Source: Gemmatimonadaceae bacterium (lineage in GTDB: Bacteria > Gemmatimonadota > Gemmatimonadetes > Gemmatimonadales > Gemmatimonadaceae). Taken from it: DNA of 64,000 nt. The stretch covers positions 44,089-108,088 of the forward strand of contig JBGAJQ010000011.1 in the NCBI GenBank assembly GCA_044224875.1, written 5' to 3'. Under the pieces are notes generated by a model. That model saw only the letters and a list, made by a program, of their open reading frames with translations. It did no database searches and was not told where the DNA came from. The position numbers and the translations under genes are program-made. Positions 30,378 through 39,693 of this stretch are shown here, one piece after another (position 1 is the stretch's first letter; each line of letters begins with the position of its first letter).

Positions 30378-32243
30378 TTAGCCGAGCGTCCGTGCGGCGC
30401 GCTCTACCTCGTCACGGGCGGTGACGAGGCGATCCACTTCATTCGACAGGTCGATGACCATCGCCAGCTGCGTCGTCAAGCGTTCCACGCTCACAGAGCC
30501 GGCGTGCAAGCGCAGCAGGTCGAGCCGAATCGTCTCGAGGGCCGTCACGGTATCAGCGAGCTTCGCCTGCACCTGGTCGAGCATCGCGCGCAGGTCCGCG
30601 AAGGCGGAGTCGTCGTCCGCGCTCGTCTCGCCCAGTGCCTGCTGCAACTCGTCCCGTCGTTCCCGCAGCCGACGGGCGGCATCCTGCATGTGACGCAGTC
30701 GAGCGGGCACGTCGCCAAGGGACGATCGGACCTCGGACGAGAGTGAAGCAAAGAGCTGCTCCGCTGCCATGCCTAACGCAAGTTCTGTTGGCCGGTGGGT
30801 GACCGGCGCGGGCCGGACTCGCGAGCCGAGCAGCTTCCCGGCGATGGCGAACGCGGCGCGACCTGTGCGACCGAGCCAGACCTTCGACCAGAAGCCAGTG
30901 TCGACGTCCTCGTACCGGCCCTTAAGGTGTATGAGGCCCAGCGCACCGAGCATGCCGGCGCCCATCGACAGCGCGCCATAGGTGATCGCACTTCCTCCGA
31001 GCATGCCGGTCAACCCGGCCGCCAGCGTAGCTGCGCCAGCGAATCCAGCAACACGCGCGCCCACTTCGAGCGCCTGTTCGAGGCGGCCGCGTCGCACCTG
31101 CCGCGTGACTGACAGCTCCTCACTCGCTTGTTCGAGCTCGCGGCGAAAGGCAGGGCCAATGTCGGCGTGCGCAAACCCGAGCGCCATGAGTCGTCGAGCG
31201 GCAACCACGAAGTAGGTGAATGGCAGCACGAGGCCGCCAACACCTAACGTCACCCATCCAGCGTCTGCGCCGTAGAGGCTGCCGGCCGTGATGGCTGCCG
31301 GGAACAGCGCCAAGCACGCGATGAGCGTCCCGCCGCCGTTCAACCTGGCTTGACGCTTGACAAAGGCGCGCAGCGCGGCGGGGAGTTCACGACGCTGCTC
31401 CAAACTCGCATTCAGTTCTTCCGCGAGAGCCTGTGCCGTCCCGGGACGGCGCGCCGGATCCTTCGAGAGACAACGATCCACAAGCAGTGCCATCTTCCGC
31501 GGAACGGTCGAGACGACTCCCGACAGCTGCGGCGGTGCTTCCGTGATATGACGCGCAAGCAATTCTGTCGTGGTCCCGCCTTCGAATGGCAGGCGACCAG
31601 AGCACATGAAGAAGGCGGTCGTACCCAGGCTATACAGATCGCTCCGCGCGTCCACCGGTTTTCCCAGCGCCTGTTCTGGGCTCATGTAGTCAGGCGTGCC
31701 GGTAACAACGCCGATGTCATCATCACCAGCGATGCCGGCGATGCCAAAGTCGGCGACGAGCACTCGTCCGGTTGACGATTCGAGCAGGATGTTTTCCGGC
31801 TTGATGTCTCGGTGGACCACACCCTCGCCGTGCGCGTATGCGAGTGCCCACGCAACGTCGCGCAATACGCGCACCGCTTCACCCGCGGGAAGTGGCCCTC
31901 GCGTGCGCACGCGGTGCTGCAGTGTCTCGCCATCAATGAACGCCATCACGAAGAACACGAATCCCCCGATCTCCTCGACCGCGTGGATGGGGATGATGTT
32001 CGGATGCGAGAGCCTTGCGGCGAGTCGCGCTTCGCGCAGGAAGCGGTCGCGCAGCGTCTGGTCACTCGCCAATTCCGGCGGGAGCATCTTGATCGCAACC
32101 AAGCGGTCCAGATGGACTTCGCGTGCGAGGTAGACGATGCCCATGCCCCCGCGCCCCAGTTCGCGGTCGAGGGAGTACTTGCCGGCCAGCGCCTGCTGGA
32201 AGGCAATGAAGAGGGGGTCGACGGGTGTCGTGGCGAGGCGCAT
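30378..32243 (-). CDS. Ser/Thr protein kinase with about 4 TM helices and a C-terminal coiled coil
   Basis: GRGGMG, HRDIKPEN, DFG and GTPDYMSPEQ. Paralog of 11201..13117. Confidence 0.92.
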   Translation of the reverse strand: MRLATTPVDPLFIAFQQALAGKYSLDRELGRGGMGIVYLAREVHLDRLVAIKMLPPELASDQTLRDRFLREARLAARLSHPNIIPIHAVEEIGGFVFFVMAFIDGETLQHRVRTRGPLPAGEAVRVLRDVAWALAYAHGEGVVHRDIKPENILLESSTGRVLVADFGIAGIAGDDDIGVVTGTPDYMSPEQALGKPVDARSDLYSLGTTAFFMCSGRLPFEGGTTTELLARHITEAPPQLSGVVSTVPRKMALLVDRCLSKDPARRPGTAQALAEELNASLEQRRELPAALRAFVKRQARLNGGGTLIACLALFPAAITAGSLYGADAGWVTLGVGGLVLPFTYFVVAARRLMALGFAHADIGPAFRRELEQASEELSVTRQVRRGRLEQALEVGARVAGFAGAATLAAGLTGMLGGSAITYGALSMGAGMLGALGLIHLKGRYEDVDTGFWSKVWLGRTGRAAFAIAGKLLGSRVRPAPVTHRPTELALGMAAEQLFASLSSEVRSSLGDVPARLRHMQDAARRLRERRDELQQALGETSADDDSAFADLRAMLDQVQAKLADTVTALETIRLDLLRLHAGSVSVERLTTQLAMVIDLSNEVDRLVTARDEVERAARTLG

Positions 32244-32328
32244 GAGGTCACGGACTTAACGACGGAGGTGGGCTTGGCGTCACCGGGCGCCGGGTGATGA
32301 CGGGGTACAGTCCACCAATACGGCAGGG

Positions 32329-32706
32329 TTGTTGTCGTTTGATCGCGTGTTGCAGGACACGTTGCCAGACCTGACGACCTCGAATGCATTCACGCAGACG
32401 GGTCGGCTTCAGCCGGAGTTCGACTTCAGCTTCGTCTACGGAAAGCAGCGCTCGGTGTTCACCTTGCGAACACTCATTCGCGAGGACCGCTCACCGAACA
32501 TGCTCCGCTCGGGGTTCATCCGTTGGGATGGGTCGGCGACGGCGTGCGGCGCCAGCCTCAACTGCCAGGGACCGGTGCCGTCGAAGGCGAACGCTCCGAA
32601 CGCGCTCGTGATGCGACTGATCAGCGGGTACTCGTTCAGCCAGAACATCTACGGTTGCAACTGCAACCCGCTGACGCCGCAGATCCCGTGCATGATGTTG
32701 CCGTAA
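32329..32706 (+). pseudogene. Hypothetical ORF, probably the 3' remnant of a secreted protein gene
   Basis: Codon usage looks coding and the end is Cys-rich, but the start is TTG with no clear RBS. Confidence 0.35.
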
Positions 32707-32766
32707 GGAGCGGTTGGGACGCGAGAGTCTTTTCGGCGCTTTTGGGAATCCGTATTGCGGACGACT

Positions 32767-34881
32767 CTATGGAACGTAGAGCGACCTCACATCAGCCAAT
32801 GTAAGTTGTCGATCAAAGATCATCATCTCATCGATGATTCCCTTGAGTTGCTCAATTGGCTTGCTGCAACATCCGACCATGAGAGACGATCCGACGGGTG
32901 ATGAAGCAGCTTCGGACGGAAGCTGAATCAGTAGTTGATCATCAAGGTAGATACTTCGTCCTGTTGGAGACCAGGAGAAGGTGTACATGTGCCAGTTGGT
33001 GAAGCCGTACGCAGCAACCGGCACAGAGGAATTCGTCGCGTCACCGCCGTTGATGGTGAAGTAGAATCGATCGAGTATCGGGGTTCCTGTTGGACCGGCG
33101 AACTGAGCGCGCATCTGCGGAGGGTTACCGGTTGGTCCGACCTTTGCGAAGATGCTGTACTGAGACTGTGTATCCGTCAGCTTCAACCACATCACAATTG
33201 ATCCACTTGGACGCGCGTCGGTCACGACTGCGGGAATGTTGACTTGATCGGTGCCGCCATTGAGCAGCAGCGCACGGGCCGCATTTCCATGACGGTCCGT
33301 CGCAGCAGCGCCGCCGACCAAGATTGCATCGAAGCCATTGCCGCTTGCGTCGGTGCCGTTCCCATCGAGAGAGTAGTGGGCCAGCAATCCAACGGCGGGT
33401 ATCGAGCATACTACCGTGAGGTTCACCACGGTGCTCGTATTCGGAGCCACAAGCACGGCCTGCGCTCCAGGATTCGTGCAACCGGCTGGAAGAGAACTCA
33501 GGGTCAAGGTCTGCGTGCCCGACGGCACGCTCGCCAAATCGTAGGCCCCCAGGGTGTTGGTCTGTGTTGATCCCGCCCCTGTCACGTTCACCGTCACGGC
33601 GCCCAGCGGCGCGCCCATTGTGGAAGACACGGTGCCCCCAACCGATCCGAAACCCGCCACTGCTGTAGCGGTGAAATTGACCGCGCTGAGCGTTCCGTAT
33701 TGAACCCTAGAGGATAGAATCTGCGTTCCTACCTGCGCTCCAAGGGTCCAGCTTGTTCTCGCCAACCCCTGGTTGTCAGTAGTGACAAGTGACGGGCTGA
33801 CTGCGCCACTCAACGCGCCCGGAGTGAAGGCGACCGAGACACCTGCCATTGGTGCGTTGGCTGCGTCACGCACGCTCACGACGATTGGCTGTGGAAGCGT
33901 GGTGCTAACCATACCGGTTTGTAGATTACCGGACTCGCTGAATATCGGTACCGGCAACCGAATAGCCGTGACGACCACTGTCGCCTGAGACACACTCATT
34001 TTGCTCTGGTCGGTGACCCAGAGATTGACGATGGGGAGCATCGGCCTAGAGGGCCAATGGAATGTCGCGTTAGCCGATGGCCACACGGACGGAGCGAAGC
34101 CAATGTAGTTTGAACCAGATTTGTAGAACGACTGGGCGAGTACAGATCCCGCTTGGTAGCGGAAGCCGAGACGAGTCGGACCGGCGAAACGACTGGGGGA
34201 GATGTTCGACGGCTTGCAATTCGGCGAAGGCAAACATGGCCCTCCCCAGTAGATCGGAGGCGGTGTAGGAGAGATTGGATCGTCGGGCCAGACGACGTAC
34301 TGCAGAATCTGGGTCAAATTTGGGTTGCCCCACCTACTGACTTCGATATCGATCTCGTTGGTGCCTCCAACCGGTGAAGGCTCGTATGAGTAGAGGCTGA
34401 AGACCGCACCGTCCGGCAACGTGCCGAGTCCGGACTGCACGTCGATTGCATAGTCGCCGAAACCGAGTAAGGCGTTCCCAGACGCCGTTGTCAGCTGAAG
34501 CTCGGGGGCGTACCACTTACCATTTCGCAGTGCAACCGAGAGCTGCAGTTGCTGCTGCGCACCGACTGTTACGATTTTCGATAGGCTTGTATCGCAGCTC
34601 CACTGGGAATCCTTCATGTTCGGCGAATCCGGCGGTGGTACCTTCCAGGCAAATCCCGAGAACGCTCGGTCGCAGGACGATCCCTGCGCACTCGGCGAGA
34701 GGTCGCGACTCGCTATGGTCTCCGAGTGGTCAGCCAAGCTGTCAGCCGGCGAAACGCTACACGCGAACGTTGCAGCGACTCCTACGTACAACCAAAGTCG
34801 TGTAACTAAATTTGAAGCCGCCCTGTAACGGACCGACGTGATCAGCCGTGGCCCCCAGATGGGTCGCCTGTTTCGCATCAA
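32767..34881 (-). CDS. Multidomain lipoprotein: GH16-like, Ig-like (Big_1), carboxypeptidase-regulatory-like and LamG
   Basis: TFAC lipobox, EIDIE (GH16 ExDxE), TTDNQGLARTSWTLG, GLLAHYSLDGN..D.SGNG and WHM...G.IDE..IFDR.L. Start uncertain; GC looks lower than the flanks. Confidence 0.72.
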   Translation of the reverse strand: MMRNRRPIWGPRLITSVRYRAASNLVTRLWLYVGVAATFACSVSPADSLADHSETIASRDLSPSAQGSSCDRAFSGFAWKVPPPDSPNMKDSQWSCDTSLSKIVTVGAQQQLQLSVALRNGKWYAPELQLTTASGNALLGFGDYAIDVQSGLGTLPDGAVFSLYSYEPSPVGGTNEIDIEVSRWGNPNLTQILQYVVWPDDPISPTPPPIYWGGPCLPSPNCKPSNISPSRFAGPTRLGFRYQAGSVLAQSFYKSGSNYIGFAPSVWPSANATFHWPSRPMLPIVNLWVTDQSKMSVSQATVVVTAIRLPVPIFSESGNLQTGMVSTTLPQPIVVSVRDAANAPMAGVSVAFTPGALSGAVSPSLVTTDNQGLARTSWTLGAQVGTQILSSRVQYGTLSAVNFTATAVAGFGSVGGTVSSTMGAPLGAVTVNVTGAGSTQTNTLGAYDLASVPSGTQTLTLSSLPAGCTNPGAQAVLVAPNTSTVVNLTVVCSIPAVGLLAHYSLDGNGTDASGNGFDAILVGGAAATDRHGNAARALLLNGGTDQVNIPAVVTDARPSGSIVMWLKLTDTQSQYSIFAKVGPTGNPPQMRAQFAGPTGTPILDRFYFTINGGDATNSSVPVAAYGFTNWHMYTFSWSPTGRSIYLDDQLLIQLPSEAASSPVGSSLMVGCCSKPIEQLKGIIDEMMIFDRQLTLADVRSLYVP

Positions 34882-35238
34882 TTCTTTACTCCTTCGCAGT
34901 GCTGAATGTTTAGGCAGACTAGTTGGACAGCGTCAGAGAGCCGTCAGATCGTCCGCTTCCTCCCTTGGCGAGCTGTCCAATGGGCGCATCCTCGACAATC
35001 GTGGACGGCGGCGAGGCCAGCGGCAGCACAGGACGTGAGGAGGCACAGTACTCAGCTTTCACCTAGCGAGCCGTAACTCTCGAACCTCAAAAAGACGGGC
35101 GAGTGCTTCAAGCACTGCAGTGCAAGCGGCGTTATGGCCGCCAAGATTCGATCAGGACCTCGCTTCGATCATCGAGCTTCTGCCGACCCGTTGAAGGATC
35201 TCCGCCGAGAAGAGGAAGGATTCATCAACACACAAAGA

Positions 35239-36936
35239 ATGCTGGCCTCCGCACTGCAAACATCCTTCGACGCCATCGTCATCGGGTCCGGCATCTCCGG
35301 CGGCTGGGCCGCGAAGGAGCTGTGCGAGAAGGGCCTCAAGACCCTCGTCCTCGAGCGTGGGCGAAACGTCGAACACCTGAAGGACTACCCCACCGCCAAT
35401 CTCGCGACGTGGGAACTGCCGCACTACGGTGCCACGTCGCGCGCACTCATCGCCGCGAACCCGCTCATCAGCAAGGCCGCCGGCTACGGTGAGGACACGG
35501 CGCACTTCTTCGTGAAGGACGCGGACCATCCCTACGTCCAGGAAAAGCCATTCGACTGGATTCGCGGCTATCAGGTCGGCGGCAAGTCCATCATCTGGGG
35601 ACGTGCCTGCCAGCGCTGGAGCAAGCACGAGTTCGTCGCTCCTGAGAAGCTCGGCTACGGCATGAACTGGCCGATCGAGTACCACGACGTGGCCGAATGG
35701 TACTCGCATGTGGAGCAGTTCATCGGCGTCTGCGGTGCAGCTGACGGGTTGGAGGCAATGCCCGATGGCGAGTTCCTGCCTCCCTTCGACTTCAATTGTG
35801 CCGAGCAGCACCTGCGCGATGCCCTGCGGTCAAAGTACAGGGACCGGCACGTGGTGCAGGGCCGGTGGGCGCACCTGTCACAACCGAAGGAGATCCACCT
35901 GCAACAGGGCCGCGGCACCTGCCAGGCGCGCAACCTGTGCATGCGCGGGTGCCCGTTCGGCGGTTACTTCAGTTCGGTGTCGTCGACACTCCCGTGGGCC
36001 ATGAAGACCGGGAACCTAACGATACGCCCGGACTCGGTGGTCCACTCGATCCTGTTCGACGAAGCCAAGGGGAAGGCAACCGGGGTGCGCGTGATCGACG
36101 CCCACACGCACGCGGTCACCGAGTATCACGCGCGTGTAATCTTTGTGAACGCCTCGGCGCTCAACTCCACGCTCATTCTCCTCAATTCCACCTCTTCCCG
36201 CTTTCCCAAGGGACTTGGGAACGATCACGGCATCCTTGGGCACTATGTGGCCTTCCACAACTACCGCGCCGGCGCGCACGGCACCCTGCCCGGCTACGAG
36301 GATCGCTACTTCTACGGCCGCAACCCAACCGAGTGCATCCTGGTCAATTTCCGAAACCTCGGCAAACAAGACACGGATTTCGTGGGCGGCTACACCACCT
36401 TCACCGGCGGGTACCGCACCCGTGGTGTGCCCAGCGACGCGCCGCTCGGCGGGGCGTACAAGGACGCGCAGACGAAACCCGGGCCGTGGGGCATCTATAT
36501 GTATATGCAGGGCGAGACGATCTTGAAGTACGAGAACCACGTGCGCCTGCATGAGACGCTCAAGGATCCATGGGGAATTCCGCGATTGGTGACTTCCGTC
36601 GGCTACGACGACAACGACGAGAAGATGATCAAGGACTGGCTCACGCAGTCACAGGAAATGCTGGCAGCGGTTGGCTGCACGGATATCGAGGCCCGCGACA
36701 ACCATCAGGCGCCGGGGCTCGATATTCACGAGATGGGCGGATGTCGTATGGGCACGGATCCTACCACGTCCATGCTCAACAAATGGAACCAACTGCACGC
36801 GGTGCCTAACGTGTTCGTCACCGACGGTGCGTGCATGGCGTCGACCGGCAACCAGTCGCCGTCCATTCTCTACATGGCCCTTACGGCGCGCGCCGTAAAC
36901 CACGCCGCTGAAGAACTCTCCAGGCAGAACATCTGA
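35239..36936 (+). CDS. GMC family oxidoreductase (3-keto-glycoside/gluconate 2-dehydrogenase flavoprotein type)
   Basis: IGSGISGGWAAKEL, CxxRNxCxRGCPFG, IHEMGGCRMG and NQSPS..YMALTARA. Confidence 0.92.
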   Translation: MLASALQTSFDAIVIGSGISGGWAAKELCEKGLKTLVLERGRNVEHLKDYPTANLATWELPHYGATSRALIAANPLISKAAGYGEDTAHFFVKDADHPYVQEKPFDWIRGYQVGGKSIIWGRACQRWSKHEFVAPEKLGYGMNWPIEYHDVAEWYSHVEQFIGVCGAADGLEAMPDGEFLPPFDFNCAEQHLRDALRSKYRDRHVVQGRWAHLSQPKEIHLQQGRGTCQARNLCMRGCPFGGYFSSVSSTLPWAMKTGNLTIRPDSVVHSILFDEAKGKATGVRVIDAHTHAVTEYHARVIFVNASALNSTLILLNSTSSRFPKGLGNDHGILGHYVAFHNYRAGAHGTLPGYEDRYFYGRNPTECILVNFRNLGKQDTDFVGGYTTFTGGYRTRGVPSDAPLGGAYKDAQTKPGPWGIYMYMQGETILKYENHVRLHETLKDPWGIPRLVTSVGYDDNDEKMIKDWLTQSQEMLAAVGCTDIEARDNHQAPGLDIHEMGGCRMGTDPTTSMLNKWNQLHAVPNVFVTDGACMASTGNQSPSILYMALTARAVNHAAEELSRQNI

Positions 36937-37042
36937 CGCCGCGCACGACGGCGTCGCCGTAGAAGGCTTTGTACTTGACCTCGACGCGAGGAACAATGTC
37001 GTGACCCGCAACGATTGTCCCACAGTGACTCACTTCGCCGGC

Positions 37043-37627
37043 ATGACACCCTCACCTTCCCTCCGCGGGGAGACGGCGTCCGACCACTCGCTCACTCGCC
37101 GTGAGGTGATCAAGACGGCCGCCGCGCTAAGCGCGTTGGTGCTGTCCAACGCGGGACTCAGTGCGTGCGCGCCAAAGGACGCCCCAGTCCTCGCGGCGCT
37201 TTCGCCAGCAGAACGCCAGCTGCTCGAGGACGTCGCCGACACCATCCTGCCGACCACGCCGTCCTCGCCGGGAGCGAAGGCAGCCAAGGTTGGACCGGTG
37301 ATGGCGCTATTGCTCGAGGAGTGCGCAGACCCGAACGACTTGGCGCTGGTGCGAACAGGCCTCGCCGCTATCGAGCAAAGGAGCACTGAAAAGGGGAGTG
37401 GCTTTGCTTCGCTGTCGCCAACGCAGCGAGAAGGGTTGCTGCTGGTGTTCGATGCGGAAGCCAAACAGACTGGCGAGGGACACTGGTACCACGTGGTCCG
37501 CCGCACGGCGGAGCAGGCATTCTTTTCAACTGAAACGGGATTGACGAAAGCGCTGCGCTACGTGCGCGTGCCCGGCCACTTCACAGGGTGCCTTCCGTTG
37601 GAGCCGAACCAACCAGCCTGGGGCTAG
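37043..37627 (+). CDS. Gluconate 2-dehydrogenase subunit 3 family protein (Tat signal)
   Basis: TRREVIK twin-arginine, DTILP.T..SPGA and FFSTE.G. Follows the GMC gene. Confidence 0.85.
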   Translation: MTPSPSLRGETASDHSLTRREVIKTAAALSALVLSNAGLSACAPKDAPVLAALSPAERQLLEDVADTILPTTPSSPGAKAAKVGPVMALLLEECADPNDLALVRTGLAAIEQRSTEKGSGFASLSPTQREGLLLVFDAEAKQTGEGHWYHVVRRTAEQAFFSTETGLTKALRYVRVPGHFTGCLPLEPNQPAWG

Positions 37628-37706
37628 GGCTCAACTCCGTCCTGACGCTCGCGGGTGAGGTGCAGATCGCGGGCGGTGAGGTCGCCCTAACGCGAGCAGA
37701 ACAGTT

Positions 37707-37860
37707 GCGCACCTCCCGAGCGTGGTTCGACACCGGTTGTATCCCCTGGTCGAACGAGCCCTGAAGCCGGGCGGTATCCTTCTCCTCGAAGCGTACTCGG
37801 AGGACCAGCTCACGCACGGCGCGGGCGGCCCCAAGGCGGCGGACATGCTCATGACGGTTC
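37707..37860 (+). pseudogene. Internal fragment of a class I SAM-dependent methyltransferase
   Basis: AHLPSVVRHRLYPLVERALKPGGILLLEAYSEDQLTHGAGGPKAADMLMT; lacks motif I and the C-terminus. Confidence 0.7.
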
Positions 37861-38003
37861 GTCGTGAGTCGAACGCCCCGGCACCCGTTAAGCTGGGCCT
37901 GCTTCGGATGTGGGGGAGTTGCCACAACGTCTGATTTCGCGGCTCCATTGCGCGTCTTCCGGTAAGTGTTGTTCCTCAGCGTCCCTTACACGGAAAGCCC
38001 CCC

Positions 38004-39584
38004 ATGAAAGACACCGCTCGCCAGCTTCCACATGCGCCTTGCTTCGCTGCAACCTTCGACCCGTCTCGAGCCCCTCGCGGGCGCGCCTCGGGGCACAGCG
38101 CTCTGCGTTGGCAACGGATCCTTTGCCTCCCCCTCGCGGTGTCTGCCCTGCTCATTGGATGTGAGGACGGGCCGACCGGTACGCGCATGCCGCTCTCGGG
38201 GTCGCCGTCTCGGGCGTTGACGGCCGACGCCGGCGGGAGCGCAGGTGTTGCAGCCGTTGCCCCCGCCGCGGATTCCAACCCCGGCGTGCTCGGGACCCTA
38301 CCTCTCCCCGTCAACCAGACCTACAACGGGACGGGAGTCGCGCTTCGGATCAATCAGACGGGTACGGGTCCGAGCGCGAACTTCGTCATCACCAGCGCCG
38401 CCAGCACAGCCAACGCGCTGCAGGGCAATTCCAATGGGCTCGGCGCCGCCGTTCGCGGCCTGATGACGGGAAGTGGACGCGCCGGACTGTTCGAGATCAC
38501 GAACGCGGGAAGCACCAGCAACGCACTCCATGTCGTGAACCAGGGGCTCGGTCGCGCCATCTATGGCGAGACGTCCGGGCGTGGTGGACCGGCGGCGGAG
38601 TTCTTCATGTCAAACAGCGCCAGCCTCGACCCGGCACTGCTCGCCAACACGTCGGGCGCGGGTAATTCGGTGGTCGCCACGTCGAGTGGAAACGGCAGCA
38701 CGATGCTCGGCGTCAACTTCGGCACGGGACCGGCGGGGCAATTCGACATTCGCAACAACACTAACCCGAGTCCGGCCTTGGTCGTGAACACCGATGGAAG
38801 TGGCGCCGCGCTGAGCGCGAGCAGCACCGGCTCAGCCCAAGTAGGCATCTTTCAACTGATGAGCCCTGGCGCCACCGCGAGCGCGCTTGAGGCTCATCAC
38901 TACGGGAGCGGCAATGCTTTCGCCGCCGCGAACCACGGGACTGGACCCGCAGGATATTTCTATTCGACAGGCAACCAGCCTGCCGTGCGCTTCCAGAACG
39001 ATAACAGTGGCGAAACGGCATACTTCTATTCGTCGAACCCTGCCAGCAGTGGCCGCACAGTGGTCATCCAGAACAACGGCTCGGGCACCGCCCTCGAGGT
39101 AAATAACGCGAACGGCCCTTGGGCAGCGCGGTTCGTTTCATCGGCGGTTGGGAGAGGCGGCGTATACATCGCGACGGCTGGAGGCCAAGGGCTCCAGGTC
39201 GTCGGTGGCTCGAAGAACGCCGTGGTGGGAACCTCCGATGGCGCGCGGGCCCTCTACACCGAGGAATCCACAGAGGTGTGGTTCACCGACTACGGCTTTG
39301 GGCGCCTAACGAATGGCCGGGCATCCATCGCCCTCGATACAAAGTTCTCGGAGACGGTGAGCGCGGACGCCCCGTATCATGTGTTCGTGCAGGCGTACGG
39401 CGACGCCGAGTTGTACGTGGCGCAGCGGACTGCGACGGGCTTTGACGTCGTGCGACGTGGGGGCGACAAGCAAGTCGAGTTCAGCTATCGCGTTGTGGCA
39501 CGTCGCAAGGGCTTCGAGGCGCGGCGGCTCGAGCGCGCACCGTGGGCCGACGACGACCCGGCGCTCACCTCAATTAGACGATAG
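38004..39584 (+). CDS. Lipoprotein with beta-helix-like repeats and a tail-spike-chaperone-like C-terminal domain
   Basis: LIGC lipobox; about 36-aa GxGxAxxF...AL repeats; C-terminal KNAVV..LYTEESTEVWFTDYG...FSYRVVARRKGF. Start uncertain. Confidence 0.7.
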   Translation: MKDTARQLPHAPCFAATFDPSRAPRGRASGHSALRWQRILCLPLAVSALLIGCEDGPTGTRMPLSGSPSRALTADAGGSAGVAAVAPAADSNPGVLGTLPLPVNQTYNGTGVALRINQTGTGPSANFVITSAASTANALQGNSNGLGAAVRGLMTGSGRAGLFEITNAGSTSNALHVVNQGLGRAIYGETSGRGGPAAEFFMSNSASLDPALLANTSGAGNSVVATSSGNGSTMLGVNFGTGPAGQFDIRNNTNPSPALVVNTDGSGAALSASSTGSAQVGIFQLMSPGATASALEAHHYGSGNAFAAANHGTGPAGYFYSTGNQPAVRFQNDNSGETAYFYSSNPASSGRTVVIQNNGSGTALEVNNANGPWAARFVSSAVGRGGVYIATAGGQGLQVVGGSKNAVVGTSDGARALYTEESTEVWFTDYGFGRLTNGRASIALDTKFSETVSADAPYHVFVQAYGDAELYVAQRTATGFDVVRRGGDKQVEFSYRVVARRKGFEARRLERAPWADDDPALTSIRR

Positions 39585-39635
39585 CTCTCGCGCGAAACCG
39601 ACCGCGTACGCCGCCTCTGGTACGCGTGTCGAGCA

Positions 39636-39672
39636 GAGGGGCTCAGGGCATACTGCATGCCCTGAGCCCCTC
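39636..39672. terminator. 16-bp perfect hairpin between convergent genes
   Basis: GAGGGGCTCAGGGCAT-ACTGC-ATGCCCTGAGCCCCTC. Confidence 0.78.
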
Positions 39673-39693
39673 GAGGGTTACAGATCCTCGTCA

